Shown here piece by piece: positions 30,660-38,344 of a stretch of DNA of 64,000 nucleotides (positions are counted from its first letter, which is position 1; the number at the start of each line of letters is the position of its first letter). The position numbers and the translations under genes were made by a program. Source of the stretch: an uncultured Gemmatimonadaceae bacterium (GTDB lineage: Bacteria; Gemmatimonadota; Gemmatimonadetes; Gemmatimonadales; Gemmatimonadaceae); assembly GCA_963790305.1 (NCBI GenBank), contig CAWBOC010000009.1, positions 96,001 through 160,000 of the forward strand, given 5' to 3'. Below the pieces are notes generated by a model that was not told where the DNA came from, made no database searches, and saw only the letters and a program-made list of their open reading frames with translations.

Positions 30660-32350
30660 AGCGCCCCCTGCTTGCGCTGCTCGGTGATGTAGTCGCTGGT
30701 GCGCCAGGCCAGCGCCAGGATCGTCCAGGTGGGATTCTTGTCGCACTGGGAGACGAACGGCCCGCCGTCCGTCACGAAGAGATTCTTGCAATCGTGTGCC
30801 TGCGACCACGCGTTGAGCGCGGACGCCTTCGGATCCGACCCCATGCGCACGCACCCCAGCTCGTGGATGATGCGGCCGCCGGCAGCAATTCCGTAGCCTC
30901 GCTCGCGCGTCGGCATCGGCGAGAAGACCTGTCCGCCCATCTCGGCGATCAGCGCGCGGAAGGTCTCCTGCATGTGCTTCACCTGGTTGTACTCGTGGTC
31001 GGTCCACTTCCAGTGGAAGCGGAGCACGGGGATGCCCCACTGGTCCACGACCCTCGGATCGATGTCGCAGTAGCAGTCATCGTTCGGGATCTGCTCACCG
31101 CGCCCGGAGAATCCGATCGTCGCTCCATAGAAGCGGCGGTAGTCATCCTTGAGCTTCTTGCCGTATCCACCTGCGCCCGGATAGCGCTGGATCCCGCCCA
31201 TGAATCCATAGGAAGGCTGGGAGAGCCCGCCCCACACCTCAATGTGATAGCCGCGGGGGAAGTCGAGCTTCTTGTTGTCGAGCCACCACGGCATGTACAC
31301 GTGCCCGCCGCCGACACCGTCCTCGTTATGCGGCACGTGGTCCACCATCGCCGGGATGAACCCCGCGACGTCGGTGCCGGTCGTATCGGTGAGGTACTTG
31401 CCGACGACGCCGCTGGAGTTCGCGAGCCCCTGCGGGAAGCTGGAGGACCGCGAGTTCAACAGCAGGCGCGCACTCTCGCAGGCGCTCGCCGCGAGCACCA
31501 CAATGCTCGCGCGCACGTGACGATCCTCACCGGTGGCCTTGTCGATATACGACACGCCCGTCGCCAACCCGTTGGCGCCGACGGTGACCTCGCGCGCCAT
31601 GGCGTTCGTCAGCAGTCGCAGGCGTCCGGTCGCGAGCGCGGGACGCAGCAGTACCTCAGGACTCGAGAAGTTCGCGTTGACCGAGCAGCCGCGGTTGCAC
31701 TGCCCGCAGTAGTGGCACGCCGGTCTGCCGCGGTGCGGCTTGGTGATGACCGACAGACGCGCGGGAATGCAGGTGACGCCGAGCTTGTCGCTCGCCTTCT
31801 TCACCAGCAGCTCGTAGCACCGCGGCTTCGGCGCCGGGTGGAAGTTTCCGTCGGGATGATTGCGCAGCCCTTCGACGCTCCCGAAGATGCCGACAAGGTC
31901 ATCCACCCGATCGTAGTACGGCTTGACGTCGTCGTAGCCGATCGGCCAATCGTCCCCGAGCCCGTCGTTGGTTTTTCCCCTGAAGTCGTCGGGGCCGAAG
32001 CGCAACGAGATGCGCCCCCAGTGATTCGTGCGTCCGCCGAGCATCCGCGCGCGCCACCAGTCGAAGGTCGTCCCTTCCGCGCGGGTGTAGGGCTCGCCCT
32101 CGACCTCCCACCCACCATCACACGCGTCGAACTCACCAAACGGACGCAGTCGCGTTGCACCGCCACGTCTCGGCGACGCGTAGTTCGGGAGAAGCATCGT
32201 CGAGTTCTTCGTACTCCACCATTCGGGTCCGGCCTCGAGCATGACGACGCGAGCCCCGGCGCGCGTAAGCGCGTACGCCGTCATCCCGCCCCCGGCACCG
32301 GAGCCGATGATGCAGACGTCGAATGACTGTCGAGCTGCGGATTGAAGCAC
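30656..32350 (-). CDS. GMC family FAD oxidoreductase (glycoside 3-dehydrogenase large subunit-like)
   Basis: IIGSGAGG, LGGRTNHWGR, CHYCGQCNRGC Fe-S motif, IHELGCVRMG, NPTWTILALA. Confidence 0.92.
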   Translation of the reverse strand: MLQSAARQSFDVCIIGSGAGGGMTAYALTRAGARVVMLEAGPEWWSTKNSTMLLPNYASPRRGGATRLRPFGEFDACDGGWEVEGEPYTRAEGTTFDWWRARMLGGRTNHWGRISLRFGPDDFRGKTNDGLGDDWPIGYDDVKPYYDRVDDLVGIFGSVEGLRNHPDGNFHPAPKPRCYELLVKKASDKLGVTCIPARLSVITKPHRGRPACHYCGQCNRGCSVNANFSSPEVLLRPALATGRLRLLTNAMAREVTVGANGLATGVSYIDKATGEDRHVRASIVVLAASACESARLLLNSRSSSFPQGLANSSGVVGKYLTDTTGTDVAGFIPAMVDHVPHNEDGVGGGHVYMPWWLDNKKLDFPRGYHIEVWGGLSQPSYGFMGGIQRYPGAGGYGKKLKDDYRRFYGATIGFSGRGEQIPNDDCYCDIDPRVVDQWGIPVLRFHWKWTDHEYNQVKHMQETFRALIAEMGGQVFSPMPTRERGYGIAAGGRIIHELGCVRMGSDPKASALNAWSQAHDCKNLFVTDGGPFVSQCDKNPTWTILALAWRTSDYITEQRKQGAL

Positions 32351-32361
32351 AGGATGCCTAT

Positions 32362-32443
32362 GTGGTCGAGGTCGTCGAGGATGTCGAGGTCATCGAGGTG
32401 AAGTCGCCTCGATCACCTGGACGACCTCGACGACCTCGACCGC
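32362..32443. repeat. Palindromic tandem-repeat element, 9-bp GTCGTCGAG units
   Basis: GTGGTCGAG GTCGTCGAG GATGTCGAG GTCATCGAG GTG-aagt-CGC CTCGATCAC CTGGACGAC CTCGACGAC CTCGACCGC. Confidence 0.9.
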
Positions 32444-32452
32444 CTCTGCACT

Positions 32453-33310
32453 TCACCACCTCAGCTGCGCCAAATACTGATAGCTCGCCCGCACCATCTC
32501 GAGCGGATTCGCCGGCTCGTCCTGCTCCACGAACGCATGGCGGATTCCGGCCTGCTCGCGCCGCGAGAAGATCTTCGCGAAGTCGATCGTGCCCTTGCCG
32601 ACGTCGACCTGGCGGTGCTCCGGGGCACCGGCGGAATCCTTCACGTGCACGAGATGGACGCGGCCGGGGTAGCGCGAGATGTACGTCAGCGGGTCGGCCC
32701 CTCCCTTCGTGACCCAGTAGAGATCGAGCTCGAAGATCACGAGGTTGGGGTCAGTACGATCGAAGAGCACGTCGAGGGGCACGCTTCCGCCCATCGCGCC
32801 GAGCTCGAAATCGTGGTTGTGGTAGCCGAGCCGCATCCCTGCCGCTCGCACCTTTTCACCGAAGCGGTTGAGCTCCTCGGCGAGACGCCGATAGTCGTCG
32901 ATCGAGCGCCGCTCGGCCGGGGCGAGCCAGGGCACCACGAGATACTGATGGCCAACCGTTTTCGCCTCGGCGATGGCGCCGTCCGTGTCACGACGAAACG
33001 CCTCGATCGGCACGTGCGATGCGGGCGCGGCGAGACCCAGCCGCGTGAGTATCGCTCGCACGTCGGCCGGAGACCTCCCGTGGTATCCGGCGAACTCCAC
33101 CTCGCGATACCCAATCTCGGCGATGCGAGAGAGCGTCCCCTCAAAATCGCGGGCGAGATCGTTTCGCACCGTGTACAGCTGAACGCCCACCCGCTCGAGT
33201 CGCTGGGTGGATTGGCTGTTGCCCACACGCGAGCACGCGGCCCCGAGCAGCGCGGCTCCAAGCGTGGAGACGAACGAGCGTCGGTCGGTCATGGCGGAGA
33301 AGGTGGACAT
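32453..33310 (-). CDS. Sugar phosphate isomerase/epimerase (xylose-isomerase-like TIM barrel), Tat lipoprotein
   Basis: DRRSFV Tat motif, GVQLYTVR, YHNH, ELDLYW, HVKD, VEQD; alternative start ATG 33292. Confidence 0.9.
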   Translation of the reverse strand: MSTFSAMTDRRSFVSTLGAALLGAACSRVGNSQSTQRLERVGVQLYTVRNDLARDFEGTLSRIAEIGYREVEFAGYHGRSPADVRAILTRLGLAAPASHVPIEAFRRDTDGAIAEAKTVGHQYLVVPWLAPAERRSIDDYRRLAEELNRFGEKVRAAGMRLGYHNHDFELGAMGGSVPLDVLFDRTDPNLVIFELDLYWVTKGGADPLTYISRYPGRVHLVHVKDSAGAPEHRQVDVGKGTIDFAKIFSRREQAGIRHAFVEQDEPANPLEMVRASYQYLAQLRW

Positions 33311-33402
33311 AAGGCGCTAGAGGCGCTAGAGGCGCTAAAGGCGCCAAAGGCGCTGAACGCCGACCCAGCGCCTCTAGCGCCTCTAGCGCCCTTAGCGCCC
33401 TT
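33311..33402. repeat. Palindromic tandem-repeat element, 9-bp AGGCGCTAG units
   Basis: 5 x AGGCGC(T/C)(A/G)(A/G), 10-nt loop, 4 x AGCGCC(T/C)(C/T)T. Confidence 0.9.
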
Positions 33403-33442
33403 CCCGCCCTTCACTATCTTTCCCCGACCCTCAACCCGACCC

Positions 33443-35665
33443 ATGGCCTCGATCACGCGCGCCGAGCTCGACTATCGTCCGTCCTACCTCGCTGCCGCCG
33501 CAACGGCGAGCGCGGTGATGATTCTGTATCTCATCACGCTATCGCCCTCGACGGCCATGTGGGATGCCAGCGAGTACATCGCCGCGGCCTACGTGATGGG
33601 GCTGCCCCATCCGCCGGGCAATCCCCTGTTCGTGATCCTGGGACGCTTCTTCGCCATTCTCCCGATCGCCCCGACCGTCGCCCAGCGCATCAACATCCTG
33701 GCCGCCTTGACGAGCGCGATCTCGGCCGGAATGTGGTTCCTCATTACCGAGCGCGTCCTCGTGGGCTGGCTCGCCGATCGCTGGGAGCGCATTGCCGCTG
33801 GCGTCGCCGCAGCGGTCATCGGAGCGACGGCGTTTACGGTCTGGAACCAGTCGGTCGTGAACGAAAAGGTCTACACGATCTCGCTGCTCGGCCTCGCGGT
33901 GATTTCGTGGCTCACCGTCCGCTGGTCCGACGATCCCGACGCGCCGGGCGCCAACCGGCTCCTCATTCTCATCGCGTACATCCTCGGCCTGGGCTACGCG
34001 AACCACATGATGGGCTTTCTCGCCGCTCCGGCGGTGGCGATCGCGGTGATCATGCGCCGCCCGCAACTTCTGCTCGATTGGAAGCTGCTCGCGCTCTGCG
34101 CCGGTGCGCTGGTCCTCGGAATGACGCCGTTCCTCACGCAGCCCATTCGATCGGCATTCAATCCGCCCATCAACGAGGGAGAGCCGACCAGCTGGCAGGC
34201 GTTCTGGGACAACTTCAACCGGAAGCAGTACGGGAAGCCGAGCGTGGTCGAGCGCCAGGCGCCCATCACCGGGCAGGTCGGGATGTACTGGCTCTATTTC
34301 CGTTGGCAGTGGCTGCGCGATCTCAATGGGAACTGGCGCATCGCGCAGCAAGTCCTCGGTGTGCTGTTCATGGGACTCGGCCTCCTCGGAGCGTGGGTGC
34401 ACTGGAAGCGCGATCGTCGCTCCTTCTGGTACTTCGGCACCTTCATGCTCACGCTCACGGTGCTGCTGATCTACTACTTGAACTTCAAGTTCGGCTTCTC
34501 GCAGAACCAGCCGACCGAGCTCAGCGAAGTGCGCGATCGAGATTACTTCTATCTCATCTCCTTCAGCGCCTGGGGCGTCTGGGCCGCACTCGGCCTCGTC
34601 TACATCTGGGAGGCGATCGCCCACCTGATCGGCTCGGAACGGCTCAAGGTGGGCCGTGACGTCGTGGAGCTGCCGCGTCGCCGCTCATGGTTGCTGGCGA
34701 GCCCGATACTCGCGCTCGCGCTCATTCCACTTTTCACCAACTGGACGGCGGCCTCGCGCGCCGGTCATACCGACACGGCCGATTTCGCGCACGACATGCT
34801 CAATTCCATTGAGCCGTATGGCGTGCTCGTGACCGTGGGCGACAACGACACCTTTCCGCTCTGGTACGCGCAGGAGGTCGAAGGCATCCGCAAGGACGTC
34901 GTCGTCGCCAACACCTCGCTGCTGAATACCGATTGGTACGTTCGCCAGATCATTCGTCGTCCCGTGTTCGAGTACGATATGGACAGCGGGCCGGCGATCT
35001 ATCGCGGCAAGCAGTGGACGAAGCCGAACGGTCCGCCCGTCAGCCTGACGATCGAACAGGCGGACGCGCTGCCGCCATATGTGGAAATCCGCGAGCCGCA
35101 GATCTTCCGGAAAGGAACCCTCGTGGCGACGGTGCAGCCACAGGTGCTCGACAAGGCCAGCGTGCTCGTCTTGAAGATGATCGCCGACGCGTTCCCGGAG
35201 CGTCCCATCTACCTGGCGCGTACATCGGGCAGCTACGGGCGGTCGTTAGGCCTGGACCCGTATCTCATTCAGCAGGGGCTTGCCCGCAAGCTATTGCCGG
35301 CGATTCCAACCCCGGATCCCGATACCGTGATGCTCCAGGGCGAAGGCTGGTTCGACCTCCCGCGGTCCCGCGCACTCTGGACCGAAGTGTTCAAGGCTCC
35401 AAAGTCGATCATCAAGCGCGGGAACTGGGTCGACCGCGCCTCGGTGGGCATTCCCTATCTGTACATCTCCACGGCGGCCAATCTGTACGAGGCGGAGATG
35501 ATGGCCGGCAATCGCGCCGGCGGCGAGCACGTGATGGTGACGGCGGAGGGGATCGCGCGGGCGACGGGATTGGGGGATCTCTTCGCGCAGCAGGCGCCCC
35601 CCGCACCGCCGCGTGGGGACACGGCTCCCGTGATACCGTTAGGCACCGATACGACGCGTCGGTGA
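33443..35665 (+). CDS. DUF2723 multi-TM protein (GT-C fold, protein O-mannosyltransferase-like)
   Basis: WDASEYI..GLPHPPGNPLF, EVRDRDYFY, GDNDTFPLWYAQEVEGIR.DV. Confidence 0.88.
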   Translation: MASITRAELDYRPSYLAAAATASAVMILYLITLSPSTAMWDASEYIAAAYVMGLPHPPGNPLFVILGRFFAILPIAPTVAQRINILAALTSAISAGMWFLITERVLVGWLADRWERIAAGVAAAVIGATAFTVWNQSVVNEKVYTISLLGLAVISWLTVRWSDDPDAPGANRLLILIAYILGLGYANHMMGFLAAPAVAIAVIMRRPQLLLDWKLLALCAGALVLGMTPFLTQPIRSAFNPPINEGEPTSWQAFWDNFNRKQYGKPSVVERQAPITGQVGMYWLYFRWQWLRDLNGNWRIAQQVLGVLFMGLGLLGAWVHWKRDRRSFWYFGTFMLTLTVLLIYYLNFKFGFSQNQPTELSEVRDRDYFYLISFSAWGVWAALGLVYIWEAIAHLIGSERLKVGRDVVELPRRRSWLLASPILALALIPLFTNWTAASRAGHTDTADFAHDMLNSIEPYGVLVTVGDNDTFPLWYAQEVEGIRKDVVVANTSLLNTDWYVRQIIRRPVFEYDMDSGPAIYRGKQWTKPNGPPVSLTIEQADALPPYVEIREPQIFRKGTLVATVQPQVLDKASVLVLKMIADAFPERPIYLARTSGSYGRSLGLDPYLIQQGLARKLLPAIPTPDPDTVMLQGEGWFDLPRSRALWTEVFKAPKSIIKRGNWVDRASVGIPYLYISTAANLYEAEMMAGNRAGGEHVMVTAEGIARATGLGDLFAQQAPPAPPRGDTAPVIPLGTDTTRR

Positions 35666-35715
35666 GGCGTGGCGGGGCCTCCCGCGAGGTGCGAGGCGTC
35701 ACTAGATTTCCAGGC

Positions 35716-35801
35716 GGAGGGCTAGACCTAATTGGTAAGGCACCGGTCTTGAAAACCGGCGGGCTTCACCGCCCTTGTGGGTTCGAGTCCCACGCCCTCC
35801 G
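35716..35801 (+). tRNA. tRNA-Ser (anticodon TGA)
   Basis: GGAGGGC/GCCCTCC acceptor stem, CCGGT-CT TGA AA-ACCGG, long variable arm, GGTTCGAGTCC, discriminator G; CCA not encoded. Confidence 0.92.
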
Positions 35802-35824
35802 TTGTGTCGTGACGTGGTCGTTGC

Positions 35825-35853
35825 TTGACTGGCCAACCTGACATCTCTACGTT
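35825..35853 (+). promoter_or_regulatory. Sigma70-like promoter for leader ORF / mgsA-amtB-glnK
   Basis: TTGACT-N17-TACGTT. Confidence 0.6.
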
Positions 35854-35859
35854 GCATTC

Positions 35860-35946
35860 ATGACCCGCGTCTCGACCCGCACCAATCCGCAGCCCATGAT
35901 CCTCGTCCTGAAGTCCCTGGGGACGGGATCACGCACGCGCGGATAA
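35860..35946 (+). CDS. Putative leaderless leader peptide (28 aa, MTRVSTRTNPQPMILVLKSLGTGSRTRG)
   Basis: ATG 7 nt after the -10 box; followed by a 12-bp hairpin at 35973-36007. Confidence 0.4.
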   Translation: MTRVSTRTNPQPMILVLKSLGTGSRTRG

Positions 35947-35972
35947 CGGGTCGACGTTGGTCGTTCGCAGGT

Positions 35973-36017
35973 CTCGCCCCCGCGCTCCTCACCGACGCGG
36001 GGGCGAGTCGTTGTTGG
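35973..36017 (+). terminator. Hairpin (attenuator/terminator candidate) in mgsA leader
   Basis: CTCGCCCCCGCG-N11-CGCGGGGGCGAG followed by TCGTTGTTGG. Confidence 0.45.
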
Positions 36018-36099
36018 TGACTTACACCTTCGAGGTCCCATGGTCACGAGCAGATTGAGCGCGACGGACGGCCGTCCTCCACGACGACGATCGGTGCGA

Positions 36100-36549
36100 A
36101 TGCACGAGGTGAAGCGCATCGCACTCATCGCCCACGACAACTGCAAGGACGACTTGCTCGACTGGGCGCGGTATAACCGCGGAACGCTCGCCGCGCATGA
36201 GCTATTCGCCACCGGGACCACCGGCGAAGTGCTCGGGTCGGAGCTCGATCTCAACATCACGCGATTCTTCAGCGGCCCGCTCGGCGGAGATCAGCAGGTG
36301 GGCGCCGGCATCGCCGAGGGACGGATTGACTTCGTGATCTTTTTCTGGGATCCTCTCGAGCCGCATCCGCACGACGTCAATGTCAAGGCGCTCCTGCGCA
36401 TCGCCGTGGTCTACAACATCCCGATCGCGTGCACCCGCGCCTCGGCGGACTTCATGTTGTCCTCGCCGCTGATGCGGGAAGAGTACGAGCGGCTGATCAC
36501 CGATCCCACTGAAAAGGTGAGGCGCCTTACGCCCTCAGGCCTTCCTTGA
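36100..36549 (+). CDS. mgsA: Methylglyoxal synthase
   Basis: IALIAHD, ATGTTG, SGPLGGDQQ, FWDPL..HPHDV. Confidence 0.95.
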   Translation: MHEVKRIALIAHDNCKDDLLDWARYNRGTLAAHELFATGTTGEVLGSELDLNITRFFSGPLGGDQQVGAGIAEGRIDFVIFFWDPLEPHPHDVNVKALLRIAVVYNIPIACTRASADFMLSSPLMREEYERLITDPTEKVRRLTPSGLP

Positions 36550-37835
36550 TGCTCCTTCCCGTTCAGGCCGGCGCGCCGACCGAGATGAGCGCGCCGGACA
36601 CGGTCTGGATGCTCGTCGCCACGGCGCTCGTGCTGCTCATGACGCCGGCCCTCGGCTTCTTCTACGGGGGGCTCGTACGGGCGAAGAATGCGCTCAACAC
36701 GATGATGATGAGCATCGCGGCGTTAGGTGTGGCGGGGATCGTCTGGGCTCTGCTCGGCTACTCCCTCGCGTTCGCCGAGGGGAGTGGGTTCATCGGAGGT
36801 ACGAGCTACGCGTTCCTGCGCGGCGTCGGGCTGGAGACGCGAGGGACGATTCCCCACCTGCTCTTCATGGCGTATCAGGGGACGTTCGCCATCATCACCG
36901 CCGCGCTCATCTCCGGCGCGATCGTCGAGCGGAAGCGATTCGGGCCCTATCTCATCTTCGTCGCGTTGTGGACCCTTGGCGTCTACGCGCCGGTAGCGCA
37001 TTGGGTGTGGGGCGGCGGATGGCTCAGCCGTCTCGGGGTGCTCGACTACGCCGGTGGCACCGTGGTCCACGTCAACGCCGGCACGGCCGCTCTCGTGGCG
37101 GCAATCCTGCTTCGGCCGCGAAAGGACTATGCACGCCAGGCCCTTCTCCCGCACAACGTGCCGTACGTCATTCTCGGCGCTGCGTTGCTCTGGTTTGGCT
37201 GGTTCGGGTTCAACGGCGGAAGCGCGTTAGGCGTGAACAACGGGGCCGTGCTGGCGTTCGTCAATACGATGTTTGCTCCGGCCGCGACGCTGCTGGCCTG
37301 GATGCTGATCGATCTCGCGCGAACCAAGCGGACGACGGCGGTGGGCGCCGCGACGGGAATCGTCGTCGGCCTCGTTGCCATCACGCCGGCCGCGGGATTC
37401 GTGACACCGCGCGCCGCAATGGCGATCGGCGCGCTCGCCGCGCTTCCGTCCTACTTCGGCATCCTCTATCGCTCGAGGACGCGGCTCGACGATTCACTCG
37501 ACGTCGTCGCCGCGCACGGGCTCGGCGGCGCAACGGGGGCGCTGCTCACTGGCGTATTCGCGACCGCGGCCGCCGGTGGAACCGATGGATTGCTCGCCGG
37601 GAATCCCCGACAGGTCCTCGTGCAAGCGCTCGGCATCGCCGCCGCCGTGCTCTACAGTGGCGTGGCAACCGTGGTGCTGCTCAAGGTGATCGGACTGGCA
37701 ATGCCCCTTCGCAGCCACGGGCGCGATGAAGCAATCGGGATGGACATCACCCAACATGGCGAGGAGGCCTACACGCACGGCGAAGGCGCCGTTCTGCTCG
37801 TGCAAGGGGCCACGACACCGGAGAATCACCCATGA
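36549..37835 (+). CDS. amtB: Ammonium transporter
   Basis: FFYGGLVR.KN, DYAGGTVVH, LWFGWFGFNGGS, DDSLDV..AHG (twin His present). Confidence 0.96.
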   Translation: MLLPVQAGAPTEMSAPDTVWMLVATALVLLMTPALGFFYGGLVRAKNALNTMMMSIAALGVAGIVWALLGYSLAFAEGSGFIGGTSYAFLRGVGLETRGTIPHLLFMAYQGTFAIITAALISGAIVERKRFGPYLIFVALWTLGVYAPVAHWVWGGGWLSRLGVLDYAGGTVVHVNAGTAALVAAILLRPRKDYARQALLPHNVPYVILGAALLWFGWFGFNGGSALGVNNGAVLAFVNTMFAPAATLLAWMLIDLARTKRTTAVGAATGIVVGLVAITPAAGFVTPRAAMAIGALAALPSYFGILYRSRTRLDDSLDVVAAHGLGGATGALLTGVFATAAAGGTDGLLAGNPRQVLVQALGIAAAVLYSGVATVVLLKVIGLAMPLRSHGRDEAIGMDITQHGEEAYTHGEGAVLLVQGATTPENHP

Positions 37836-38203
37836 AGCTCATTATCGCGATCGTGCGCCCCGAGCAGGCGAACGAAGTGCTCGAAGCACTGTTCCGCGCC
37901 GAGGTCCGCGGGCTTACCGTCTCCCGCGTGCAGGGGCATGGCGGCGAGCTCGAGCGCGTGGAGACCTATCGGGGAACGACAGTGAAGATGGAGCTCCAGG
38001 ACAAGGTGCGCTTCGAGATCGGCGTCTCGAACCACTTCGTCGAGCCAACGGTGCGCGCGATCATGAGCTCGGCGAGAACGGGAGAGGTTGGTGACGGCAA
38101 GATCTTCGTGCTGCCGGTCGAGCGGGTGCACCGCATCCGGACCGGGGAAGTGGATGAGGGAGCCGTTACACCGTTGGCGGAGACCGGCGAGTCCGCGGTT
38201 TAG
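37832..38203 (+). CDS. glnK: PII nitrogen regulatory protein
   Basis: MKLIIAIVRP, YRG T-loop, TGEVGDGKIFV, RIRTGE; adjacent to amtB. Confidence 0.93.
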   Translation: MKLIIAIVRPEQANEVLEALFRAEVRGLTVSRVQGHGGELERVETYRGTTVKMELQDKVRFEIGVSNHFVEPTVRAIMSSARTGEVGDGKIFVLPVERVHRIRTGEVDEGAVTPLAETGESAV

Positions 38204-38225
38204 GCGTCAGGCGCGACGTTCAATT

Positions 38226-38322
38226 GCATCACCACAGAGGCACAGAGGGCACAGAGAAACGGCGAACTGCCGACTGAGCAGTTCGCCGTTTCTCTGTGCC
38301 CTCTGTGCCTCTGTGGTGATGC
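38226..38322. repeat. Perfect 45-bp inverted repeat with CACAGAG(G) tandem units between convergent genes
   Basis: GCATCACCACAGAGGCACAGAGGGCACAGAGAAACGGCGAACTGC-cgactga-exact reverse complement. Confidence 0.95.
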
Positions 38323-38344
38323 CGTTAGGCCCACCGCGAGAATC

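Noticed and set aside
32362..33402. Short repeat arrays as CRISPR
   Set aside because: Units are 7-10 bp, contiguous, without unique spacers and arranged as inverted arms; no cas genes.
32537..33442. N-terminal 300-aa extension of the DUF2723 ORF (1042 aa); likewise the ptrB extension to 13220
   Set aside because: These are antisense shadows or read-through across repeat elements. The real starts at 33443 and 12980 match family N-termini.
35716..35801. tRNA-Sec (given selA nearby)
   Set aside because: The anticodon loop is CTTGAAA (TGA, Ser), not CTTCAAA, and the acceptor stem is 7 bp. The extra A in the D-stem is probably an indel error.
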